Positions 27,401 through 41,850 of a stretch of DNA of 64,000 nucleotides are shown here, piece after piece. The notes beneath the pieces were generated by a model. The model made no database searches. It worked only from the letters and a program-made list of their open reading frames with translations, and was not told the origin of the DNA. Position numbers and translations under genes: made by a program. This DNA is from Dissostichus eleginoides (lineage: Eukaryota). Position 1 is the stretch's first letter. Every line of letters starts with the position of its first letter. Location of the stretch: assembly GCA_031216635.1 (NCBI GenBank), contig CM062276.1:7363185-7427184 (forward strand), given 5' to 3'.

Positions 27401-30400
27401 GAGAGAAACTTGTAAGAAGAACTCATGAATAACACCTGGCAGGTCCCCTATATACTGTTTTTCATCAATATATTATAGGTCTCAGATATATACAAACATG
27501 TCTCTGAAGTGTTTGGCTCGAAATACCAAACAGATCATTGCAGCATCCCATAATCCCCTCTGTTTCAGCCCTGTTTCAAAAGTGCTGATTCTCTGTCTGT
27601 TACTTTAGATGAAAATAAGGAGCCCCTCCCCACGCCCCTCTGAGAGACATTTGGTTACAAAGAACTCAATGGTGCTCTAGGAGGAGATTCAGGTGATAAG
27701 GTGGGGGGGGGGGTACCTTGGTTGGTGATTGGCTAATGGTTAGGCAAGCCAAAACATCGTTATGACATCATAAAGTGGCCAAAATCTGATCAGCTCATTT
27801 TCAGACAGGTTTTTATATAAATGGATCAGGACAAAAAGAGAGAGAATCTTTGTTCCTGAACTTTCAGATCTCTTTACACAGAGGGGACACATGTTGATGT
27901 AGAAGAGACATGAACAAGTGGATTTTGCATAATAAGTGACCTTTAAGATTAATGTATTTGCCAGCACTTACATGAGAGTGCAGACTTGTGCTTGTCATCT
28001 GCAGGAAAGGAAATATTTCACAGGATGCAGACATTAGGATTTTTTGTAAAGCTATCTTTTGTAAACCTGCCCATGCAACTATTACAGATACATTTCACAC
28101 AATTGAAGGATAACCACCAGACTCAGGGACCGTTTTATCCCACAGGCCATAAGACTGCTAAACACCTGAGCTCTGTTAAGTGCCCCGATAAACATTCCTG
28201 TTGTCATCTTGCAATATATTAATTTATATAAATAGTTATCACCGCAATAAACCGTATTTAATTCAGTCTTAGTTTACATTATTAATTTCATATTCTGTTC
28301 TTGTACATATCCAATATTCTATTTACATGTATATAGACTTTTTGCACTACTTTTTATTTTGTATTTTATTATATATATATTGCATTGTTGGAGGAGCTCA
28401 GGTCAGAAGAACTTCATTGCCATTTCTACACGGTAGCTTTGTGCATATGACAATAACACCTTTTAATCGTGAAAAAATAAAAAGGATTGAAGGGTGACGC
28501 ATCTAAAAAGGAGCTTAGTTAGGTGTTATCACATTCATCATACAGTACCGTGAAGCATGCTCACCATACAAGCTGTAGGTCTCCAGGAGGTGGTGCATGA
28601 GGCCGTGGCGCACGTTAGCATACAGGAAGTAGTAGTTGGAGAGCAGGGAATGAAGAGCCTCCAGCTGGTCACTTTGAATCTGACCAAAGCCAAATAAAAG
28701 CCAGTTAAATCTACAGTAAATATGAGGAGGATTTATGACCAGGAGGTATAAGGTTGCTCTCTACAAGCTAGCCCCAAGTACAATTCAAATACAACATTAG
28801 TTTTTATTTAATTTGGAAGAATTAAAATTGATGTAACATGTTAAAATGTTGAACGTAGAGTGTTGAAACCTCTCTAACTCAGTAAAAAGAACAAAAAAAG
28901 AGTTACAGTGTGCAGGATTTCTGATAAAATCTCAATTGAAACATTTTTAAAAATATGACTGATGAGAGTTCATAGTGAAGACATATAGAGTGCTTGTATT
29001 TTGTATTTCAGAAGACTTATTTATTTCTCATGCTTTATTTAACTTATGTTATGAGTGGTTTACCAGGCAGGCAGGCAGGTGCAGGACAGAGTCGGCCTCA
29101 CAGTGCAGGAAGGAGTCTGAGCCCTGAGAGTCGGCTAGGGCCCACAGATGAGCTGCATAAAGACAGAAAAGAGATACAAGAGTGAATACAAGATACAGCC
29201 TTTAATAAGTATACTGTATTAAGGCAAGGCAAGTTTATTTATATAGCACTTTTCAGCACAAGGCAATTCAAAGTGCTTTACAAAAATGAAAGACATTAAG
29301 AGCCTAAAACACATTAGAAAGATACATGAATAAAATGTACAGTGCAGTGTGAGATGTGAATAGTTCAATTAAAAGCAGCGGCAAAAAGAAAGTCTTCAGC
29401 CTGGATTTAAAAGTAGTCAGAGTTGCAACGGACCTGCAGGTTTCTGGGAGTTTGTTCCAGATATTTGGCAATATCCCTAACCGAATTCTCACATTCCTCT
29501 ACCCCTAGTCTTCCCATAAAATTATAGTTCTTTTGACACTTTTCTAACCTTTTAATATTCCTTTCATCCTTCTCTTTCAATCATTTTACATCCCCAGACA
29601 ACACATTTCCCCTGTGTTACTATTACCCGAACATATTGGCAATATTAAAACCGACTGTGTGCACTTTACCTGCCAGGACGAGGTGAGCTCTGGTTTTGTA
29701 TTTGTCTATTGGGAGGAAAAAGTCCTCGAAGGCCTTCCTCACCTCCGGATTGGTCAGAGCCAGCAGGTCGTCAGTGTCGTAGCAGTGAGACGGACCAATC
29801 AGACTGCAGATACAGATTCAAACAGGTTTAACATCTCTTCCTCCTTTAGGATTGATTTCTAAAGTTCTACCCACACCTCAGTGCTTCTTATACAAGGATA
29901 GGTTAAATGCAGTGCTTTCATTTCTCTGTATGTGCAGTGCTGTGAACACGTGTTACGTCTAAAAGATGATTTAATTTGAAACCTTCACACCCATAAATCT
30001 ACAGACTGTTACATTACGTCAAATTGTAGTAACAAGATATTAAAGTCAAATAATGAGCCAGCTTCACTTAGTGTTATTGCTTTGTGCAATGAAAAATGGA
30101 AATGTAATCATTGTGTCTGCCTTTACGAGACTAATTTCAAAGGCAATCAGAGTCAACTAGGGGAAACTTTTGTGACGGATAATCTTTTTTTTTGTATTTG
30201 CGCTCATGTAGGATTCATACCCTTGTAAACTCTGCACTATAAGGGTGAAATTCGCCATGGGAACGCGTCCTTTGGGCTTCCTGGAGAGATGCAGTACTTC
30301 CTGCCATGTGACCTTTCCGTCTTGTGAGGATAAGTCGTTGCATGTGTTCAGTAAAGAGTAGAAGTCTCTCTCCCTCAGGCCTGTTGATGAAGAGGAGAGG

Positions 30401-33400
30401 CAACAAATGACAAAAAATGAAATTACCAATTTGGGTATAATATCATTTTCTCTACATATCTATGAATTTACCCAATAAAGATCAACAATAATGTAAATTA
30501 TGTAACGACTTGATTCATCTTACCTGTGGGGCTGACAGTCAGAGCAGCCAGGGCCCAGCGGAGTCCCAGCATGCATCTGTGCTGCGAGCAGAGTCGGTCC
30601 AGGCTGTACTGCACCAACGCGCCCAGAGACTGAGGCAAGTACTGCAGGCCCTCCGTCAACTGAGCACACAGAGAGGAAATACAGTATGATAAAGCAAGTG
30701 GTATCAGGGTAACATGTCAAGGGTAAAAACATTAGCAAACATCTGCTTGTAGGAATGCATAATCAGAAACAGTGGATTAAATATAAACATTGTCCTGCTC
30801 TAAAAAATATATATACATGTGGAAAATATACATGTGGAAATACAAATTTCCAGTAACAAATATAATGCAGGATATTATATGAAACCTTATCAAAGGAGGA
30901 AAAGTTCCTCAAGTCTTCACAGGCCAGGTGCAGGTAGAGAGGACTCGCAGCTCCCTTCTTCGAGATCAGCATCTGGAGCTGGACGAGCAGACGAAGAATA
31001 GATGTTACATTAGATTTGAATTACAGTGGGGCCAACTTCTGAGTATCAATGGCAGCAATATAAGACGAACCTGGTTGTTGAAAGCAGAGTCGCTGAGTTT
31101 CTTCCCGAAGGAGTCCAGTCCCTTCCGGACTATCTCCTTGCGGTCCGGCATGGTGAGCTGGCCGAGGGAAAACAGCACTGTGCCTCGTTTCTTGGCCAGG
31201 GTTTGTAACAGTGCTGCTTTGGTTGTGATGCTCACCACCAAACAAACACCCTGACAAGATAATAGAGAATCTGAGTTTCAATGAAGCAGAAAAACACCAA
31301 CAAATTATTCTATAAACAAAGCAAGTATAGATAATGGTTTTGTTGAGCATTTAAAAATACGGTGGAGGTATTTTTCGAGCTTCAAGTTTAGCATAGTCAT
31401 TTGTGGATATTAAATTACGACAAAAAAGAGAAGGATTGGAACGTAACAAGTTCAGTGCAGGAAGCGTTAGTGTAGATTCACTAGAATAGTATGTTTACCG
31501 TCAGTTTTCCCTCCATGTGACTGACCTGTGGCAGCTGCTGTGGGATCCACTCAGAGCTGAGCTGACCTCTGTCATCCTGGACCAGATCCGCCCCGTCAAC
31601 CAGCAGCACCAGAGGCTTTTTCTTCTTCATGTCACTCAAATTCGAGGCAAATTCAGACAGCAAATCTCTGTGATGAAAACAAAGGAAAGGCAGTAGCTGT
31701 AAGTGCCAAAAGTTCAGCCGTACCTGTAAAAGTTTTCAGGGACAATTGAAGATGTTTCAACCTGTAAGAATGGGGAAGAGGCGTTTCCTCCTCAGTATCT
31801 TTCATCTTCCTCAACCCCTGAACCAGGCAGCGCAGCAGGTTTTCCACGGAGCGTGCTGATTGGCTGGCAGCTGTAGAGTAGGAGATGACATCACAGGCGA
31901 AGTTTTTCCTCGAGTTGACTCCAGTCCTGAGGCTGTCTGCAAGAGCGGCCTGTGTAGGGAGAAATTAATATGGACACTTTATACCATGCAGATCATTTAA
32001 ACACAGTAATCTGTTTATAATGTTGAGTTTTTCAGGCAGAAATGTGGAAAATTCTCTGGCTCTGGCTATTACAAAGTAAGGAATAAAAAATAAAAATCTG
32101 GTTTAATAGAGAACCGCAGTGACGCGTCCTAAAACCCGGAAGTAAACTTCTTCCGGTTCCATCGTCAAAAAACAATGCAATTTCTCCATAGGGTTTTGGA
32201 AAATAGCTCAAAATAAGGTCTGTGGTTGAAACACATTTAAGAGAGGGATCACGTTTTGTTCAGCCAGATAATCTCCACATATCTACGCTACTTTTATAAT
32301 TTTCGAATCATAAATCTAGTCGCCAGAAGCAAAATGCTAACGTTATGCTATAAAGGAACTACAAGCTAGAACGGCAGGGTCGCACTACTCAACGTCACGC
32401 CAACTTAAGATCGCCTCAACTGACTTTCGCGCGCTTGCATATTTTAACAAAGCTTAACAAAGCAAAAAACAAACTGCCGAGTAACATTGGAAAACACTGG
32501 AAATTAACTATTCTATAATGTGTAAAACTACGGTGCAAAAAACGACTATTGACGACTATAAATGATGATGGTCAGATAAAGATATAGATACTAAAGATAC
32601 TAAAGATACTACAGATACTTAAGATAGGCATATACTCTCTTTCAAGCAGAACACAGGGGGAAAGAAATTTAGCGGGAGTGTTTACGTAATCGGCGTAATG
32701 ACGTACAACGGCCTCGACCATTTCTGTAGTCCACTAATGCCACTTGTTAACAACCATCGTTTTTCCGACACGTAAACTCTTCAGAAATCACCAGCGGGGT
32801 CACTGCTGATGTATTTAATGTGGTAGAACAAAACGTGATCTATCCTTAATTTTGTGTCAAACACAGACCTTATTTGGAGCTATTTTCCAAAACCCTATGG
32901 AGAAATTGCATTGCTTTTTGACGAAGGAACCGGAAGTGGTAAAAATGCTAACTTACTTCCGGGTTTTAGGACGCGTCACTGCGGTTCTCTATTAATGGAA
33001 ATTTAACCTTAGGCTTTCGGGAGGATTTTTGGGGGATTTTTAGATGTAATCTGAGATTCTGATAAATAATTGCAGGCATTTTTTTATACATTATTTTTCA
33101 CTTTTTTCTACTGTTCCGGACTTGTAATCTTTTTCCGACTTTCTTTTTTTCAATTTTTCTCTACTGTCTTTTTTTTTTTACTTTCCGGATTTGTCATCTT
33201 TTTCACTTTTTTAAGAAAACTATAATAATGAAAATTCTAGAAAAGAGCTGGAAAAGAATTGCTAGTTGAAGAAATATCAAAATTTTTATCTGAGTGATAA
33301 TAATCAAGCATTTTAGTGTTTCTCCTACATTAAGATATTTTGGGCAACAACAAGCCATCATATTTTTTTTAAAATTCAGTACAAACACTATGTATGTCAT

Positions 33401-36400
33401 TAAGTATGGTATTCCTGTCATGCTATGTTTTTTCTTTATTATTTCTTGTTGGCTGTTATGTTTGTCTTCTATGTTGAAAAAGGGAAGCATGATTTCCACC
33501 CCAAAGAAGTCTTTACTATTGCCTACACTTGTATGCTTCTTTTCAATACAAATATTTGAAACAAAATTCAGTACAAACTATTTTATCATATGATACATGA
33601 TTTAAATGATTGACAATTGTTTTAGGAAGTTTACCATGAAGACAGTTTTCCCCTCTCCAGGTCCCCCCTCCACCACCAGCAGCCCTCCTTTGATCTGGCT
33701 CTGCACCACCATCTCCCCGGCTGCCATCAGCAGTTTCCCCCGGCCGAAGAACTGCCTCTGCAGCGCCCCCTGGTGCACCTCCTGCTCCATCACATCCAAC
33801 GAAGCCTCCGCCTCCTCATCCTCCTACACATGGTGGATAATGTGGTGTTTAACCAGAGATGCAAAAGTACACACATCCTTTACTCAAGTAGAAGTACAGA
33901 TACTCATGTTTAAAAATACTCTGGTAAAAGTAGAAGTACTGACTAAACTTCTTTACTGGTCAGAGTGACTAACTTCCACAAACTGCTTGACAACAGCCAT
34001 CCACAGATCTTCCAGCAAGGTCTTTCCAAAGTCCTCCAGGTTTTTCAGATATGGTTTCCCATCCACAACGCCTCCCCACTCACATGAGTAACTATGACAG
34101 AAAAACAATAGAATATTGTAAGACATTTAAAATGATGTTTTAGTGGTTTCATTTCAGAATTTCAAAATGCCAACTTTTTACTGAAAAGTCACAGTCGTTA
34201 TAAAAACAGTTTTAAAAACAAAAGCCCTTGATGAGTGGTATTCTAAAAGTATATTGAATTATTATTGTATAAGAGAGATGACTCACTTTTCAGTGACCTT
34301 GACTTCACTCTGCCGGATCCTTTTCTTCAGAGAAGCCATTTTAGACTCAGCCTCCTTTGATTCAGCGACAAAGTCAGACCTCCAAGCCACTGGAACTGAT
34401 CTGAGAAACAACCAAGAGTAAATTCAAACATAATAACTTGAATGCGTAGTATAACAGCATTGAATATGTTCACAAATACTTTACAAAAGCATCCTATTCA
34501 TTCAGGTTTTTTGGAATTGGAAGGGGTCCCAAAGTAATTTAAATGGCCGCATTTTGAGTGGCAATAAACAACTTTCTCGCTTTAATCTATCATTATGAAG
34601 TGAAAGTGTATTGTAAAATGTATTGGCTATCAAATATAATGACATAATAAGCGTTTAAAACAAGCCATTTTTCACTAGGTAATTCTGTCTGCCTCCAAAG
34701 ACAACCACTCGCTAAAAAAAGGACCGATTTATGGTATAAAGCCATGAAAAATAGTCAAAAAAATGCTAAGATTAAACATGAAATAGTAATTGTACTGTTG
34801 TTGCGTCACTGCAGATTCATCTCTGAGGTCATCAAGTGTTTAGACAGATTGTGATGGTTTACTTGTTGATGTTTGGATCTCTGAAGTAGCACATCATTCT
34901 GTGCTGGGCTGTGTCGGGGTAAAGAGCCTCGAACTGACGGATCTCCATCTCCGTGATGGACAGATCTGCCGGGGCCGACGCCAGCTGCACACAGAGAAAC
35001 AAATTAGGCTTTTTGAAGATACCTTAAATTGAATTTGTCATCTCAAGACAAAAAACATTTTGTTTTGCTTAAATGTATAAAAGAAGACAGATTTGTCATA
35101 CCCTATATCACAAAATTACAAATACACAATAAAATAATGGTAGCAGCGGACATTTCACTTTTAAACAATCCAGATTCTGAAGAAATATATTTATATTTAT
35201 TGGACGAATTGATGCTGCAGGTTCCACAAAACACTTTATTTTATACGCCATCAAGATTGGCATTACAGTAGTTCATATTTCTTCATCCAATCTCAATTGT
35301 TTATCTTATTCCCTATGTTTAACTTTAATGACTCATAATGATCTTAACTTATTCTATTTTATTTAAAAGATGTGAAGAATTTAATTTAAAGCTGTTTTAA
35401 CCAATAAATAAATAAACTCAAGGCTCGCTGGTAAATAAAGCAGTATGAGGAATTTTCTCGGAAAGAAATGCACCTTCCTGAATGAAGCATCAGTAATTCA
35501 TTTAAATAAACATACCGAGCACAGTCTGTACTACTATCTCCACATACTAATTATTTATCTCCATGTCATATCACAAGTCTTACCCAGCGGTGCTGCGGCA
35601 GGTCGGGGAGGACGGGTTTTGGGGGCACCAGGCCGTACCTCTCCCCCAGAATAGCTACCATCATCTGGCTGCGACAGACCTCCGACAGGCACAGCTGGGC
35701 GGCGCGGTCCGACTCCTCCTCCGTCACCCCCCAGCGCAGCTCCACCTCCTGCAGGTAGAGGCAGTGTGACGCCGCGCGCCGCCGCAGCTCCGGGAACACG
35801 ACGCGCACCAAGATGTCGCGCTCGGTGTGCATGTCTCTGAAGGTGGAGGAGATAAACACACGCACACCTCGCCACCTGCGAAAAGAAGAGTCATAGGAAA
35901 TTAGAAAATAACTTTAAAGTTCACCTATTATGCAAAATCCACTTTTTCATGTCTCTTCTACATCAACATGTGTCCCCTTTGTGTAAAAAGATTCTGAAGG
36001 TTCAGGAACAAAGATTCCCTCACTTTTTGTCCTGATCCATTTATATAAAAACCTGTCTGAAAATGAGCTGATCAGATTTTGGCCACTTTATGATGTCATA
36101 ACGATTTTATGGCTTGTGTAACCATTAGCCAATCACCAACCAAGGTAACCCCCCCCCCCCACCTTATCACCTGAATCTCCTCCTAGAGCACCATTGTGTT
36201 CTTTTTAACCAAATATCTCACAGAGGGGCGTGGGGAGGGCTCCTTATTTTCATCTAAAGTAACAGAGAGAGGGTGTTTCTCAATGTCGAGGAAGGCTCCT
36301 CCAGATCCACTATTACAAGGATGCTACGTCATCGAGTCCCGCCGAAGGACTGTTCCAATGTCCAGGATCCTTGGAATTCTACCGAGGCCGATGTCCTTCG

Positions 36401-39400
36401 TTGCGGGAAATTTCGAGGATGCACATGTGTAGACTCTGCAGTCTTAAAATCCCCACAATGCTTTGCGCACGCACCAATTTCCCAAATCTTTGGCGGAAAA
36501 TGTAAGGCGGGGCCTCGCATATGACGTACACCTGCACACCTGCACACCTGTTCGCCTGTTCCGACCATTCTTTGTTTTCCGAGGCTAGGAAGGATTCTTG
36601 CCTCGCTTCTGAAGGACCTGACTCGGAAGACATGTCCTACCAAGGAAGCGTCCTCGAGATTGAGAAACACCCAGAGAATCAGCACTTTTCAATGTAGCGT
36701 AATTTAATTTGATTCTTAGAGGCACTCCTGCTGCTCCGAGTTAAAAAAAAAAGGCGGGAAAAACAAATGTGTATTGGCCATTAACGTTATTGCTCGGATT
36801 TGGTTCTTTGCAACACATTTTTTTATGTTCATAAGATTTTTTTTTTTTAAAGGCGGGAAAAATGAAGTCTCTACTGACCATCATCGTTGGATACCAGGGG
36901 CGGACTGGGACTAAAAAACAGCCCTGGAATCTCACCCAGACCAGCCCACGTAAATTGTCAACGGGGGGGGGTGCTAGTGAACTGTCAACGGGGGGGAAGC
37001 CTTGCTGCGGGGAAACGGTGGACCTCTGTCGGCGCAACTTCAATGAGGCCGTTTAAAAACATAATAAAGTAAGGGCGGTGCCGGCTGTCAGCGAACCGAG
37101 CCGGCCGTCAACGGTACTTGACGACCGGCCGTTCTGTGGTTCTCCAAATTCTACAGATGGCCAGTCCGCCCCTGTTGGATACTGCTCAGATTTGGTTCTT
37201 TACCACAAATCAAAAAAGGTTCATTACATTATCTTTTACCTGAGAGGCTTCTACGCATTTAAAGACACTTACAGACCCCTTTAGATTTCTGGTGCGGCAA
37301 ACATAAAATGGGACATACTTGCATGTAGGTTACATTAATATAAGTATAGATAGTGTTGCTGCTCCAAGTTTAAAAATGACAGAGGAAGTAGTTGGAGTAA
37401 AACTAGTGAGGAAAAAGGCAGGAAAAGGCAATATCTACTGGCCTTCAATGTTAAACATAAAACTGGTGATATTTTCTTTTCACCCAAATAAAAGAAATTG
37501 ACCTTGACTTGGGGCTGGCTGGTATTTGGACGACGTTGTCTGCGGTCTGAGGGCCTTTAGCTCCCTCTGGTGGTGGGACGTTGTACATTTTGTCTAAATG
37601 CTCCACATGTTCCAGCAGCCTGGATGATCCTCGTTCTGCCACAAACCTGGTTGTTAAAGAAAGTTAAACATAACGATCAATAATAGGTTAAAAGAAGTTA
37701 AACATAAAGTCTTATTGTCTTTTTGGGGAGAGATTTATTAGAACTGCAATAACACGTTCAGGTTGGTAGGATAAAGCTACAGCCAGCAGCTAGTTAGCTT
37801 AGCTTAGCATAAAGACTGAAGATGGAGGGAACCAGCTAGCATTGCTAGTCAACATCTACCTTTCAGAACTTTTAAAGCTCATTAATAACTTTCTTGTTTC
37901 ACAAATCTTACAAAATGAAGGGAAAAATTACACTTTGCCATTTTACTCGGGATTACGTGCAAGACAATTTTTAACATTTCAGTTTTTGCTTTGAGGTACT
38001 GGTAAGTGGTTTTTAGTTGCCTTAAAAAAGTGAGCCATTCCTAAATTACGCAGACTGCTGATCTTCTCTCAACTTTGGTAAAATAGTTTTTACCGTTATA
38101 ACCAGAAAGCCAAGAGTTTGCCTTCTTACATTCATACAGTCAAGAGTTATTGAATTGTTTTTGTGAATAGAAAAGGGCTACAAGAGATTTTACCTCAGTA
38201 TTTGTTCACTGAAGCCTGCCAGCTTCACATAGTTTCTTTCAGGGCTGAACTCTGACTCTCTGCAAGTGGAAAATACAAGATATAAAAAAAGAAACACACA
38301 AACATATATTCAGGATGACCTTATGCTGAAGAATGTCGTTATAAAATGGTATTGGTACACTTTAAAGGTCCACCTGTGATTGTTGTGAATGCAACTATAG
38401 CTTCACAATACTGTATGTGAGATATATGAGTACTAGCAGCTACAGCAGGAAATGGAGTATTACCGCTCTGTCAATAAGATTTCCACAATGAGAGCTTTGT
38501 GGTTTATTTCGTTCCTGTAGCTTTTGTTGGCCCACTTTAATTCCCCACTCATCCAGCAGTCACACAGCACTATGATGTTGTCCACCTGAGATAGAAAAAG
38601 CATGGGAGATCCAGGATCACAAAAAAGCAACGTGTTTTGGGCTAAACCAGGGTTCTTTCACTTTTGATCAAAACTGCCTTAACGCAGGTAATAACTCAGC
38701 AAGTATCATTAAGCTGCAGAGCCACAGTGCAAGCATTTTCAGACTTTAGGACATGCAGCTCTGTACATTTTTAAAAGCACATGTATGCATCTACTATGAA
38801 GACGGTACTGTCTATTTGCAACACCACAACAACTTCTACAAGTTTGGTTTTATGTACATACAACATGTTAATACATATTTACATATCCACTAACCTTATT
38901 GTTTTTGGGAATCATTTTGTTGATGGTAAGTTTCTCCCTTTCTTCATATGGCATATCTAATAATGCCTGTTAAAGAGAAGTAATCATTATTAAAGGCACA
39001 TTACAATGAATACAAACTTCCTCCACAACACAGCTCATCTTTATTTTAAAAGGATATATTTCAGTTGTATGTAGCACTGTATAGTTATTTCCTTGTTTAA
39101 CTTATTCACATCACACCTAAGAATGATGCAATAGAGAAAAAGTCCTCACCTTTCTTTGCTTTATCACACTCCTGACATTATCCAGAAGAACATCAGACTT
39201 CAGCTCGACTTCCTTGAAGCCAGAATAACTAACCAGAATGATCTGACTGTCCTCAGCACTGCTGCCGATCATCAGAGAGAGCAAAGCTGCCGTCTCCATA
39301 ACCTGACAGCAAAAAAGGGAAGAGATTGATAAAAAACAAGTGAATTCACTACAGGAGGGTTTTTAAATATACATTTCAGAAATCAGAAACAGATACAGGT

Positions 39401-41732
39401 TTACAAATACAAGGAATTTTCCTTGGTGTATGGTGCATACATAAAGATATATTGTAAGAAAAACACAAAAAAATGATATATAATATTTAAAAAAACTATT
39501 ATAACATTAAAATCTAGACCATTATTTACATTAAATATAGATATACCAAAAAACTATGTACAGTATACTATGAATAAATACTCAGAATAATAGAATAAAA
39601 TATGTACAGTATTCTTATGAAAAGTGGAAAGCTGTGAATATATTAAGAGAGGTAGCTTCTGTACAAATGTGCAAAATATTCTGAGGGTTGTGGGTTTCCT
39701 CCTCCGATTCCAACTGGCAAAGCTTAAATAAAATAAATGAAAAATAAGATATTGTTTGCATAATACGCATTAATGTAATGCATAATGTCAGTATACGTGT
39801 TACTGCTAATCAGAAGAAAACTCACAGAAGCAGTCAGTTTGTCAACCGGAGGTTTCTCCCTCTTTCTCCTTCTGCTCCTTTGTTCTTCCTCTTTCTTCTT
39901 CTTCCTCCTTTTCTCTCTTCTTCTTCTCCTTCTCCTCTTCTTCTTCCTCAGGGAGGCAGAAGTCCGGTTTCTTAAGCCATTCACGATTTTCCGGTATGTC
40001 ACAGGACAGGAGGATGAGGGTCCGTCCGGGCAGCGGAGGCACGTTGAAACGACAGGAGATCTGGACGCCGTTTCTAGAGCTTTACGGTACCGGTCCAACA
40101 GAGCCAGAGTTACCTGACTCTGCCTGGATGCACAGACACAGAGAGAGCTTTAATATAAAACTAGATTACTTTTGTTTTTAATGCACGCAGACCTCAAATT
40201 GTCTTTGATGTCTTTGTTAACTGATGTAAGAAACACATGTTCAATCTCAGCAAAAAACTGTGCACTTTCTTTTAAAAAGGTTGTTTTTGGACTTGATCGA
40301 TTATCAGAGAGGAGCGATACAAATCAATAACCTAAACTCTGACCAAATATCATTGAATTATTGACTACTATAAAGGTTTGATTTAGCATTTTACATAGGA
40401 ATTATAATTATTTTGTTATTCTTAGTACTCCCTTAAATTTTTTTAACAAATGTGCACTTTTAATTTCCTTTAAAATGTTTAAATGCTGCTGACTAGTACT
40501 GAAATATTTTTCCTAGTGTTGGTATCAGCCACAGAAACAATTATACGTTTAAATATAACATTTAATACATTAGGAAATCATCGTAGAAAAACTTCAAGAC
40601 ATTTCCTTACTTGGCCTTCAGGAGCTGCTCCTTCTTCATTTTGTATAGTCGATAGATAAACGGCACTCCAAGCGTCACCCTCAGCCGGCTCTTCGGAGTC
40701 GTGTCCCAGTCCTGACTCTCGAAGCGTTTGCTCTTGGGAATGTTTTTCAGGATGCCCTTCAGGATCTCTTTAACGGGTGGGATAGCTTTCTCGGATGCTT
40801 TGGGTAGAGGAAAGAGAGGCAAAGAGGAATAAGTGAAAGTTCTGTATGTGTTGCAGCATGTCAGAGCTAAACTTCATCAAAGTTGTGGTTTTCCTGTAGT
40901 GTGTAAGGTGGAATGTGGTACCATGTCTTAAAAATGTTGCCATAAAAAAGCAGTAGTACAAAAATGACTTTCAGTAAAGACTTGAGTACATGTATCTCAC
41001 CCAAAGAATTCATCTCCATGATGACTTTGTACGCAGCGAGGAATCTCATGGGAAACTGACGGCTCTGAATGACTGCTTTCTGTAAACACATTGGAAACAT
41101 AAAGGTTGCTGAAACAACTCAAATATAATTACACAAGAAACATAACAAGCAACTGAAAAACACAAAAACTACCTAAAACTAGACATCAGTTTGAATAACA
41201 CCATTTTCTTTGACCTTTTACTAAGTGATTTTGATCATGTTGTTGGATCTCACCTTATTGGTCAGTCTGCTGAGGATCTTCTTGTGATGAGCCTCACTGA
41301 TGCCTGCTGTGATCATGTTCCTCAGGTTCCTCAGCATGGCCATGAAGGGAACAGACGTATTGTCTGCACAGTAGAGACATTATTCATCAGTGTGATGATA
41401 GACATGTTGGATAATATATATCTTTGCTGTATGCATATATGTGTGTGTTTCAAATGCATAGATACAGCTTTAAATTCTCATTAAAATTTTTTATTCAAAC
41501 CCAGTTACATTCAAGGGCTTTATAGACACATGCTAAATGGCTACAGTGTAGTTTTGGCAAAGAAAATATTAAGTCACACACTACTACTACAATGCAACCT
41601 ATCATATAATTGAGAAATACAAATTTATAAAATGTAATTGTGCAAGGGACACAACAGTGCAAGAAAAAAGAGGAATTTAACTATATACATTTAATTGGAG
41701 TAAGGTAAGATAAAAACAGAATGTAAAATAAA

Positions 41733-41800
<68 letters not shown>

Positions 41801-41802
41801 TG

Positions 41803-41850
<48 letters not shown>

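Noticed and set aside
35555-35875. An alternative-frame 106-aa Gly/Ala/Pro-rich ORF overlapping the DUF4062 exon.
   Set aside because: It is the GC-rich alternate frame of a conserved exon. Only the DUF4062 frame gives a recognisable peptide.
14845-36640. An NWD1-like (NACHT and WD40 domain 1) identity for the DUF4062-NACHT-WD40 exons.
   Set aside because: The same strand continues upstream with splice-compatible exons that encode clear TROVE/vWA motifs and TEP1-type N-terminal repeats. The candidate first exon at about 36600 has an in-frame acceptor just before its ATG. One TEP1 gene explains everything more simply than NWD1 plus a second gene.
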